Below are positions 1 to 6,819 of a stretch of DNA of 42,692 nucleotides, one piece after another. A program made the position numbers and the translations under genes. Under the pieces are notes generated by a model. It was given only the letters and a program-made list of their open reading frames with translations, had not been told where the DNA came from and did no database searches. This DNA comes from Clostridia bacterium (GTDB taxonomy: Bacteria > Bacillota > Clostridia > Oscillospirales > Acutalibacteraceae), in NCBI GenBank assembly GCA_024404065.1, contig JAKSQR010000001.1, forward strand, positions 1 through 42,692, given 5' to 3'. Positions within the stretch are counted from its first letter, which is position 1. The number at the start of each line of letters is the position of its first letter.

Positions 1-840
1 GACCATAAAATTCACCTTGTTGCCCATAGCTTCGGCGGTAATGCAGCACGTCTGCTTACCTATCTGCTTACATACGGTGACGAGGCCGAAATGAACGCCT
101 GCGATAATCCCTCACCCCTTTTTGAAGGCGGTCACGGCGATTTGGTAGCATCATGCACAGCACTCTGCTCACCTCTTAATGGCACTACTGCCTATAATTT
201 CCAGGCAAAATGGGGCATTATGAAGCCCCTTAAAACCTTTGTTACCCTTTGGGCAACCGTATTTGGCAGGTCCATTTTTAACGGCACAATAGTTGACTTC
301 CACCTTGAGCAGTTTGGTGTTTCCGCTGTTCCCGGCGAAAAGCAGAATAAGAGTGCTGCAAAGGCATTCAAAGAGTTTATGGACTCCAATGATTCAGTTG
401 AATCTTTGCTGAGCTTAAAAGACTGTAAGGAGTTTAACGATAAAATTGAGCCTACTGACAGCGTTTATTATTTCTCACTTGCTTATGACTGCACAAAGGA
501 TACGTTTTTGGGCAGAATGCCTTTGAGCGCAGATTTCTTCCTGCTTGCAATTTTTGCAAAGTGTATGATTAACCTTGGTGAGTTTACAGATAAGGCTTCG
601 GGCATTGTATGTGATAAATCCTGGTACCCCAATGATGGCCTTGTAAATGTTATATCAGCTCAGTACCCCTTTGATGAGCCCCATAAGGACCTTGATAAGA
701 ACAACATAGAGCAGGGTGTATGGAATGTAATGCCCACAAGGACAGGCGACCACGGTACACCCATAGGTCTTTTTGCAGACCAGACCGAAACCTATGACCT
801 TTACATTGAGCTTTTTGATATGCTTATATCTGTTGAATAG
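1..840 (+). CDS. Alpha/beta-hydrolase lipase (Geobacillus/Staphylococcus-type), 5'-truncated by window edge
   Basis: Frame 1 is open from base 1 (DHKIHLVAHSFGGNAAR...), giving an AHSxGG nucleophile elbow. Downstream NDGLVN (Asp) and GVWNVMP..GDH (His) motifs match family I lipases. Confidence 0.8.
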   Translation, partial: DHKIHLVAHSFGGNAARLLTYLLTYGDEAEMNACDNPSPLFEGGHGDLVASCTALCSPLNGTTAYNFQAKWGIMKPLKTFVTLWATVFGRSIFNGTIVDFHLEQFGVSAVPGEKQNKSAAKAFKEFMDSNDSVESLLSLKDCKEFNDKIEPTDSVYYFSLAYDCTKDTFLGRMPLSADFFLLAIFAKCMINLGEFTDKASGIVCDKSWYPNDGLVNVISAQYPFDEPHKDLDKNNIEQGVWNVMPTRTGDHGTPIGLFADQTETYDLYIELFDMLISVE

Positions 841-849
841 GTTTAATAT

Positions 850-879
850 AAGTGATGGCTGAAATATGCCATCACTTTT
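850..879 (+). terminator. Intrinsic terminator after lipase
   Basis: AAGTGATGGC-8 nt-GCCATCACTT followed by T-rich tail. Confidence 0.7.
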
Positions 880-903
880 GCTTTTTCAGGCAGTATATTT
901 TTA

Positions 904-932
904 TTGCAATAAAATTATCAATATGATAATAT
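904..932 (+). promoter_or_regulatory. Sigma-A promoter of GH5 gene
   Basis: TTGCAA-17 bp-TAATAT with extended -10 TG. Confidence 0.5.
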
Positions 933-976
933 AAATGTGTATGTGATTTAATTTACCGAAAGGATTGAATTTTACT

Positions 977-2440
977 ATGCTTAAAATTACAACTGAAGGC
1001 AAATATTTTGTAGATGAATACGGCAGACAGCGCATTTTCAACGGCATCAATACCGTTGATAAGGGCAACAATGATGACGGCAGATATAAGCGTTCATACA
1101 CTATGGATTTTGATGAAGCACTCATCAAAAAGCTTGCTGATAACGGCTTCAACATTATCCGCCTTGGTATGACCTGGGACGCAGTTGAGCCCGAACCCCG
1201 TCAGTATGATGAGGCTTTCCTTGATAAGGTTGAAAAGGTTGCAGACCTTTGCGAAAAATACGGTCTTTATTTCTACCTTGATATGCATCAGGATTTATTC
1301 TTTGGTGCAAATAACACCGCAGGTGACGGCGCTCCTCAGTGGGCATGCATTACAGATGGTGCAGAGTTCAAGCCTGTAAAATTTGTATGGGCTGAGGGCT
1401 ATTTCTGGGGTAAGGCAACACAGACAGCCTTTGATAATTTCTGGAATAATACTCCTATTAATGGTGTAGGTCTTCAGGATTACTTCTGCGATATGTGGAA
1501 GCATGTTGCTGAAAGATTCAAAGACCATCCTGCACTTTTCGGCTTTGACTTCTTCAATGAGCCCTTCCCCGGCAAAGACGGCGGTAAGGTATTCAGAAAG
1601 CTTATAGGTGGCGTTGCAAAGGCAGTGCTTACAGATAAGCGTGCACCTATTCCCTTCCTTGCAAAGCAGCTTTTCAGCGGCAATGTAATCAGATGCCTTG
1701 AGCCCTTTGCAGATTACTCCCTCTTCCGCAAGGCAACAAGCGGCGGTGATAAGCTTATTGAAAAGTTTGATAAGGAAAGATATTCACCCTTTATCAATAA
1801 AATGGCAGCAGGCATCAGAGAGGTTACCGATAACGGTATTATCATGATGGAAAACTGCTACTACTCAAATCTTGGTATTCCCTATTCAGTACCTGCTGTA
1901 ACAGTAAACGGCGAAAGAGAAAAGAAATTCTGCTTTGCTCCTCACGCTTATGACCTTATGGTAGATACACCTGAGTATAAGTATGCTTCAAATACCCGTG
2001 TAGGCGGTATTTTTGATGAGCACCGCAGAAGTCAGGAAAGACTTGATTGCCCTCTGCTTGTAGGCGAATGGGGCGGTCAGAGCGAAGGCACAGACTGGCT
2101 CTTCCATATTGATTACCTGCTTGAAAAGTTTGATAATTATCAGTGGAGCAACACCTACTGGTGCTATCACAAGAGCTTCTTTGATGATCCAATCAACACC
2201 CGCCTCAACAGAACATCTCCCATCGCAGTATGCGGCAGAATTGAAAAGTACAGCTGGGACAGAGAGAATAAGATATTTACCCTTGAGTATAATCAGGATA
2301 AAGATTACGAAGTACCCACAGAGCTTTTCTTACACGCAGAGCCTAAGGAAGTTGAATGCACAGGCGAGTACGAAATCGAAGGCAACAAGATGTATGTTGC
2401 AGCCCCCGCCGGCAAGAACAAAATTGTTATTAAGTATTGA
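977..2440 (+). CDS. Glycoside hydrolase family 5, endoglycoceramidase-like, with C-terminal beta domain
   Basis: GFNIIRLGMTWDAVEP, LDMHQD, GDGAP, acid/base NEP and nucleophile GEWG motifs. No signal peptide. ATG 977 follows GAAAGGA. Confidence 0.85.
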   Translation: MLKITTEGKYFVDEYGRQRIFNGINTVDKGNNDDGRYKRSYTMDFDEALIKKLADNGFNIIRLGMTWDAVEPEPRQYDEAFLDKVEKVADLCEKYGLYFYLDMHQDLFFGANNTAGDGAPQWACITDGAEFKPVKFVWAEGYFWGKATQTAFDNFWNNTPINGVGLQDYFCDMWKHVAERFKDHPALFGFDFFNEPFPGKDGGKVFRKLIGGVAKAVLTDKRAPIPFLAKQLFSGNVIRCLEPFADYSLFRKATSGGDKLIEKFDKERYSPFINKMAAGIREVTDNGIIMMENCYYSNLGIPYSVPAVTVNGEREKKFCFAPHAYDLMVDTPEYKYASNTRVGGIFDEHRRSQERLDCPLLVGEWGGQSEGTDWLFHIDYLLEKFDNYQWSNTYWCYHKSFFDDPINTRLNRTSPIAVCGRIEKYSWDRENKIFTLEYNQDKDYEVPTELFLHAEPKEVECTGEYEIEGNKMYVAAPAGKNKIVIKY

Positions 2441-2449
2441 TAAAAAATT

Positions 2450-2477
2450 AAGCCTCCGCTGTGAAGCGGAGGCTTTT
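2450..2477. terminator. Bidirectional intrinsic terminator
   Basis: AAGCCTCCGCT-GTGA-AGCGGAGGCTT between convergent genes, with A-run upstream and T-run downstream. Confidence 0.8.
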
Positions 2478-2487
2478 GCATGTTCTG

Positions 2488-3645
2488 TTATGCAGCAATC
2501 AATTTGCCAAGTGCTTTAAAGAAATCAATAAGCACAAGAGGATTTATCTTAAACTGTGGGAATCTGCCTGTATAACCCATTTCTTTTGCAGCAAAACGGC
2601 AGGGGATAAGGCAATCAACAACCTGACCATTTTCGGTTACAAGCTTATCTGTGCCATAAACAAGAAGAGGCACGTTAGCCTCTGTGTGGTTGCCTGTTGT
2701 AAATTCGTAGGTCTGTTTGCTTTCGTTGTATGTGATACCACCTGTTTCGTGGTCTGCACTTACTATAACAAGTGTTTCGCCATCTTCCTTTGCCCATTCA
2801 ACAGCATTTTCAATAGCCTTATCAAATTCAATAACGCTTTCAACCATGCCTTCCTTGATGTTGCTGTGGCTGTTTTTATCAATGTGAGCGCCCTCTACCA
2901 TAAGGAAGAAGCCCTCGTCATTATCAAGGTTTTCAATGGCAAGTGTGGTAAGTTCACTGAGAGGAGCGTCGTTATCCTCACCTGTTCTGTATTCAACCTT
3001 ACCCTCAAACTGAGCAAAGGACTTTGTGCCGGGCTTAAGGTCCTTGATTTCATCTATATCGTCAATAAATGTCCAGCCTGCTTTTACAATTCTGTCCTCA
3101 GTAGCCTCAGCGCTTGATGCACTCCAGATAAGGTCAAGGTCAGATTTAAGCTGCTGTGCTGTAATTTCCTCAGCAAGCTCACGCTTTGTGGTGTGAGCGC
3201 TGAATGATGCGGGGGTAGCACCGGAGTTTACGTCTGATGTAACAATACCTGTTTTCTTGCCCATTTCGTGAGCAATCTCAGTAATGCTCTTATATGTGGC
3301 AACAGTAAAGCCCTGACCATTCATAAGCACAGAGAGTGTACCTATGTTTGAGTTAAAGGCTCTGTAACCGCAGGAGAGGGTAGTGCCACCGGCGGCTGAA
3401 TCTGTAAGACCATTAAGTGAGTTTGTGGTGCGGTATCCACGGTATGGCATTGTATCCATATAAAGCTGTACGCCCTTGTCAGCCTTAGTCCATTCAAGAT
3501 GGTTAGGGCCCATACCATCACCAATCATAATAATTACATTTTTGAAAGTGGCTGTTTTCTCTTTTGCGGCAAATGCAACGCAGGAAAGAGAAGAGAAAAT
3601 AAGTGTAATTGCAAGCAAAACAGCAAGCAGTTTTCTGGATTTCAT
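2488..3645 (-). CDS. Secreted alkaline phosphatase (PhoA superfamily)
   Basis: IGDGMG, TDSAA (catalytic Ser), ATPA, VEGAHIDKNSH, ADHETGG and NHT motifs. Signal peptide MKSRKLLAVLL. GGAGG RBS supports start 3645 rather than 3684. Confidence 0.92.
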   Translation of the reverse strand: MKSRKLLAVLLAITLIFSSLSCVAFAAKEKTATFKNVIIMIGDGMGPNHLEWTKADKGVQLYMDTMPYRGYRTTNSLNGLTDSAAGGTTLSCGYRAFNSNIGTLSVLMNGQGFTVATYKSITEIAHEMGKKTGIVTSDVNSGATPASFSAHTTKRELAEEITAQQLKSDLDLIWSASSAEATEDRIVKAGWTFIDDIDEIKDLKPGTKSFAQFEGKVEYRTGEDNDAPLSELTTLAIENLDNDEGFFLMVEGAHIDKNSHSNIKEGMVESVIEFDKAIENAVEWAKEDGETLVIVSADHETGGITYNESKQTYEFTTGNHTEANVPLLVYGTDKLVTENGQVVDCLIPCRFAAKEMGYTGRFPQFKINPLVLIDFFKALGKLIAA

Positions 3646-3669
3646 AATTATTCCTCCATCATTTTTATA

Positions 3670-3686
3670 CATTGTATTATACAATG
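3670..3686. promoter_or_regulatory. Palindromic operator-like site over the -10 of the alkaline phosphatase promoter
   Basis: CATTGTAT-T-ATACAATG with perfect 8-bp arms. It contains a minus-strand TATAAT (3676-3681). Confidence 0.45.
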
Positions 3687-3785
3687 ATAAAAAAACAAAT
3701 AAAAGCCCGAAATCTATACAAATATTTTATTGTTTATTTGGTAACCTTGTGATACAATAATTTAAGACTCTGCAGGAGGGAAATT

Positions 3786-5033
3786 ATGACATATCAGAAT
3801 GGTTTTATAAAAATCGGCAAGCTTCAGATAAGCATTAAATTTGTGCTGCTTGCCGCTGCAATACTTGTGCTGCTTGTTGCAATTATTTCAGGCGTTGCTC
3901 ATCAGAGCAAAATGAAAAAGGAAAGGCAGATTGCAGGCTACTCCTTTGAGGAGCTTAAAGAAATAAAAGACGCAGAATGTATCGGCGAAAAATTCATAGC
4001 CTATACAGATTCAAGCGATAAAAAAGGCATAATGACCCTTGACGGCACCATAACCGAAAAAGCAGAGCAGGAAGATATTTTTGCAGTGAGCGAAAAATGG
4101 GGTACAGTAAAATTTGTATGTGAGGGTCCCCGCTCAGAGTATATGCTTTTAATTGACCCCGAAAAGGGCGAAATACAGAAAAAGCAGTATCACGGCACCA
4201 TAGAGCCTGAGGAAATTGCAATATGGGCTGAGGAGCTTGACTGCGCAGTATTCGTAAATAAAAACGAAGAAACAACAACTGTTCCCACCACAAAGGAAGG
4301 GGACACAGAGGTTACCTCAACCACCAAAAAGATAGAGGCTATAAAGCCCGCAGAGCTTATGCTCTCAGCAGGTCTTCATCCAATCTCCAACTCAGTAAAG
4401 AAAAATATAAGATACGGCTACGTTAATGCTGACCTTCAGCTTGTTATAGCTATCAAGTACGACGAGGCAAAGGCTTTCAGCGATGGTCTTGCCGCCGTAA
4501 AGAAGGACGGCAAATGGGGCTATATAGACGAAACAGGCAAAAGTGTTATTGATTTCCAGTATGACGATGCATACGGCTTTGTAAACGGTCTTGCCCCCGT
4601 TCAGAGAAACGGTAAATGGGGCATCATCAATAAGAATAATGAGGATATGACATCCTTTAACCTTGAAAAAATACTGCAGGGCAAAGATGGTAAATACGTT
4701 GCAAAAATGGGCGGCAAGTGGGGTATACTCACACTTAACGAAGAAACAATGAGCCAGGTAAATGCAACCTCAAAGGTTGAAACCACCACAGAAACCGCTG
4801 ACGATGAGTATATTGTAAGAACAAATGGCAGCGCTCTTAATATGAGAGCAGCGGCTGACGCAAATTCTGCTAAAATAACGGAAATTCCTAATGGTACAGC
4901 AATAAAAATTTCAAAAATTTCTGGAAATTGGGCATACACAATATATGGCACTCACGAAGGTTGGGTGTACACACAATATATTGAAAAAGCAGTAAAATCA
5001 ACGGTTGCAGAACCTCAGTCAGAGGTTGACTGA
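3786..5033 (+). CDS. Membrane-anchored WG-repeat protein with C-terminal bacterial SH3 domain
   Basis: N-terminal TM helix, FSDGLAAVKKDGKWGYID-type WG repeats, T-rich linker, and LNMRAAA...W...GWV SH3b signature. GGAGG RBS. Confidence 0.85.
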   Translation: MTYQNGFIKIGKLQISIKFVLLAAAILVLLVAIISGVAHQSKMKKERQIAGYSFEELKEIKDAECIGEKFIAYTDSSDKKGIMTLDGTITEKAEQEDIFAVSEKWGTVKFVCEGPRSEYMLLIDPEKGEIQKKQYHGTIEPEEIAIWAEELDCAVFVNKNEETTTVPTTKEGDTEVTSTTKKIEAIKPAELMLSAGLHPISNSVKKNIRYGYVNADLQLVIAIKYDEAKAFSDGLAAVKKDGKWGYIDETGKSVIDFQYDDAYGFVNGLAPVQRNGKWGIINKNNEDMTSFNLEKILQGKDGKYVAKMGGKWGILTLNEETMSQVNATSKVETTTETADDEYIVRTNGSALNMRAAADANSAKITEIPNGTAIKISKISGNWAYTIYGTHEGWVYTQYIEKAVKSTVAEPQSEVD

Positions 5034-5056
5034 TAAGGTTTTTTGCAAAAAAATGC

Positions 5057-5085
5057 TTGACTATTACTGAATCACAGTATATAAT
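5057..5085 (+). promoter_or_regulatory. Strong sigma-A promoter with no protein gene behind it
   Basis: TTGACT-17 bp-TATAAT preceded by A-tract+TGC, the same context as the rpsJ (5990) and infC (40890) promoters. Confidence 0.8.
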
Positions 5086-5091
5086 AAGCGT

Positions 5092-5183
5092 GCATGAGAA
5101 ATCATGCGTCTGCATTTGTGAGCAACAATGACAGAGCCATCCGATAAAAGGCGGAGAATGTTCATCATTCTCCGCCTTTTATC
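5092..5183 (+). ncRNA. Candidate ~90-nt structured small RNA of unknown family
   Basis: Lies between the promoter and a terminator. Contains a GCATGA-GAAA-TCATGC tetraloop hairpin, a second hairpin (5110-5134) and an 18-bp perfect stem. No RBS. Confidence 0.6.
5143..5183. terminator. 18-bp perfect hairpin, potentially bidirectional terminator
   Basis: GATAAAAGGCGGAGAATG-TTCAT-CATTCTCCGCCTTTTATC. Confidence 0.8.
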
Positions 5184-5192
5184 ACCCATTCC

Positions 5193-5226
5193 ATTATTTT
5201 ATAAAATAATTTATTTTATATATAAT
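5193..5226 (+). promoter_or_regulatory. Second candidate promoter with an 18-bp palindrome over its -35
   Basis: TTTATA(5198)-17 bp-TATAAT(5221) and perfect palindrome ATTATTTTATAAAATAAT at 5193-5210. The region is very AT-rich, so a chance match is possible. Confidence 0.4.
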
Positions 5227-5299
5227 AATCCTTACTATGTAGTCTGCAAAAGAAAATGCAGCATAAAAGCAGGGATTATGTACGGAAGGGGAGGCAGAG

Positions 5300-5335
5300 G
5301 TGAAACGAAATCTGTTTTATGGATGGCTCTGGTAA
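5300..5335 (+). CDS. Candidate 11-aa mini-ORF MKRNLFYGWLW
   Basis: GGAGG at 5290-5294, GTG 5 nt later, TAA at 5333-5335. No homology evidence. Confidence 0.3.
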   Translation: MKRNLFYGWLW

Positions 5336-5805
5336 AGATATATTTCACCATAGTTTTTCGCATAGAAATAATTATTTAAGCTTCAGGACAGAAGACGAAA
5401 ATAATGAATATAACTATGATAATAATTACATTATATATAATATAGCAGAAAAAATTTGGCAACTAAGCCTGCGATTTATCCTGTGAAAAGGGACAGTGAT
5501 TTTTCTGAATTTTATTTAATTCTGAGATAATAACGCCTTGAAAACGGCTGTAAACAGCAACCTAAACGGTATTAAAACCGACCGTAATTGCAGCTCAGGT
5601 TTTGCAAATTTCTGCTTTGAAAATCTCTTTTTCAGATAAAATTTTGGATTTTTTAAGAAAAATTTCAAAAAAATTTCAGTTTTTTCAAAAAATTTTTTAA
5701 TGATTTTTAACCCAAAAAAGAAAAATTTTGAGGGTTTCTGAGAAAAATTCAGAAAAAATGTTTACAAAAATAAAAATTATCTTTGTAGGAATTAACAAAA
5801 ATTTT

Positions 5806-5849
5806 TCCTACATTTTGTGAAAAATCAAACTTCAGCACTACATCTTGTG
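5806..5849. promoter_or_regulatory. Tandem NrdR-box-like sites
   Basis: TCCTACATTTTGTG (5806-5819) and CACTACATCTTGTG (5836-5849), 30 bp apart, resembling the NrdR consensus acaCwAtATaTwGtgt. Confidence 0.45.
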
Positions 5850-5989
5850 GTTGTTATAGTTCATATATCATTACATTATATTAGGGCAAAAAATTGCTGC
5901 AATATGCACAGGGCGAAAAGCCTTGAAATACAAGAAAAAACCGGAAATTCAGATATGAAAAATTATTTGAAAAAATTTTTAAAATATGC

Positions 5990-6018
5990 TTGACATTAGT
6001 ATATATATATGATAATAT
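5990..6018 (+). promoter_or_regulatory. Sigma-A promoter of S10 operon
   Basis: TTGACA-17 bp-TAATAT with extended -10 TG and an A/T-rich UP element. Confidence 0.8.
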
Positions 6019-6074
6019 ACCGAAGCACGCTGTAAAGAAGGGGCGAATTATGCCCATATTTCAGCGACATGATA

Positions 6075-6150
6075 TGCGATGATGTGGGAGGTGGCCGTCC
6101 TCGAGGCGGGAAATTTCCACGGAGTATGTCCGATTTTCAAACCGGGCGAT
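6075..6150 (+). ncRNA. S10 (rpsJ) ribosomal-protein leader core
   Basis: TGCGATGATGTGGGAGGT...TTTCCACGGAG..TGTCCG resembles the conserved Firmicutes rpsJ leader. GTGGGA/TTCCAC helix, located in the rpsJ 5' UTR. Confidence 0.65.
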
Positions 6151-6437
6151 AATTTACCCAGGGGTGCACATGCGCTTCCTGCAGGTTTTTCGTCACAGTA
6201 CTCAAAAACCCAGCTACTTGCGAAAGCTGCGGACATTTGAGTGCAATGATGGAAAATGTCAGGTAGCCATTGTAATCTCCGTATGCCGTTTCCCAGGCAC
6301 ACAGGGTAAAGGTTAGTTGCAGATATGCGAAAGCAATCCCGGAAATAGTGTTTCCGGTTTTTGAATCGGAAGGGTTGAAACACCCGGGTCAGTTTTCAAA
6401 ATTTGCGTGCCCAACCAATTTTAAGGAGGCAAATCCA

Positions 6438-6749
6438 ATGGCAGTTAAGGGAAAAATCAGAATCAGACTTAAAGGCTATGATCACAGCGTTGTAGACAAG
6501 GCTGCTGAGAAGATCGTTGAAACAGCTAAGAGAACAGGTGCTGAAGTTTCAGGTCCCGTTCCCCTTCCCACAGAGAAGGAAATTGTTACAATTCTTCGTG
6601 CTGTTCATAAGTACAAAGATAGCCGTGAACAGTTTGAACAGAGAACACACAAAAGACTCATCGACATTATCAGACCTTCAACCAAAACTGTTGAAGCACT
6701 GACAGGTCTTGAGCTTCCCGCAGGCGTTGAGATCGAAATCAAGCTTTAA
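6438..6749 (+). CDS. rpsJ: 30S ribosomal protein S10
   Basis: [39 protein letters not shown] gives start 6438. Confidence 0.99.
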   Translation: MAVKGKIRIRLKGYDHSVVDKAAEKIVETAKRTGAEVSGPVPLPTEKEIVTILRAVHKYKDSREQFEQRTHKRLIDIIRPSTKTVEALTGLELPAGVEIEIKL

Positions 6750-6819
6750 TTTCGGAACCGACCCATGCAGGTCATGTTGGCAGGTAACTGTCAACCAATA
6801 ACCAAAGGAGGAAACAAAT

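Noticed and set aside
2461-3117. 218-aa plus-strand ORF and the many other short antisense or alternate-frame ORFs
   Set aside because: Shadows of well-supported genes on the opposite strand or frame, with no RBS or motifs.
5092-5350. Retron msr-msd or 6S RNA
   Set aside because: No reverse transcriptase in the window. The internal perfect terminator and asymmetric centre do not fit the 6S rod-and-bubble shape. An Rfam scan would settle it.
5128-5379. 83-aa ORF from the ORF track
   Set aside because: No RBS at 5128, and it runs through an 18-bp terminator and AT-rich promoter-like DNA. Only its 3' sub-frames are kept as candidates.
5404-5445. 13-aa hydrophobic ORF MNITMIIITLYII
   Set aside because: No convincing RBS; Ile-rich peptides are expected by chance in AT-rich DNA.
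5400-5990. Possible replication origin (AT-rich, TGTGAAAAA at 5816)
   Set aside because: Only one relaxed DnaA-box match and a few degenerate ones. There is no box cluster and no dnaA/dnaN or rep gene nearby.
6048-6383. 111-aa minus-strand ORF, and the 30-aa N-terminal extension of rpsJ from 6348
   Set aside because: Both overlap the structured S10 leader and lack an RBS or recognisable motifs. The true rpsJ RBS precedes 6438.
6025-6420. tmRNA, RNase P, SRP RNA or group II intron
   Set aside because: Lacks the tRNA-like ends and CCA, GAGGAAAGTCC, the SRP GGAA-loop motif and a domain V signature.
5034-6437. Absence of the str operon (rpsL-rpsG-fusA-tuf) upstream of rpsJ
   Set aside because: Separation of the str and S10 operons is common in Firmicutes and is not informative by itself.
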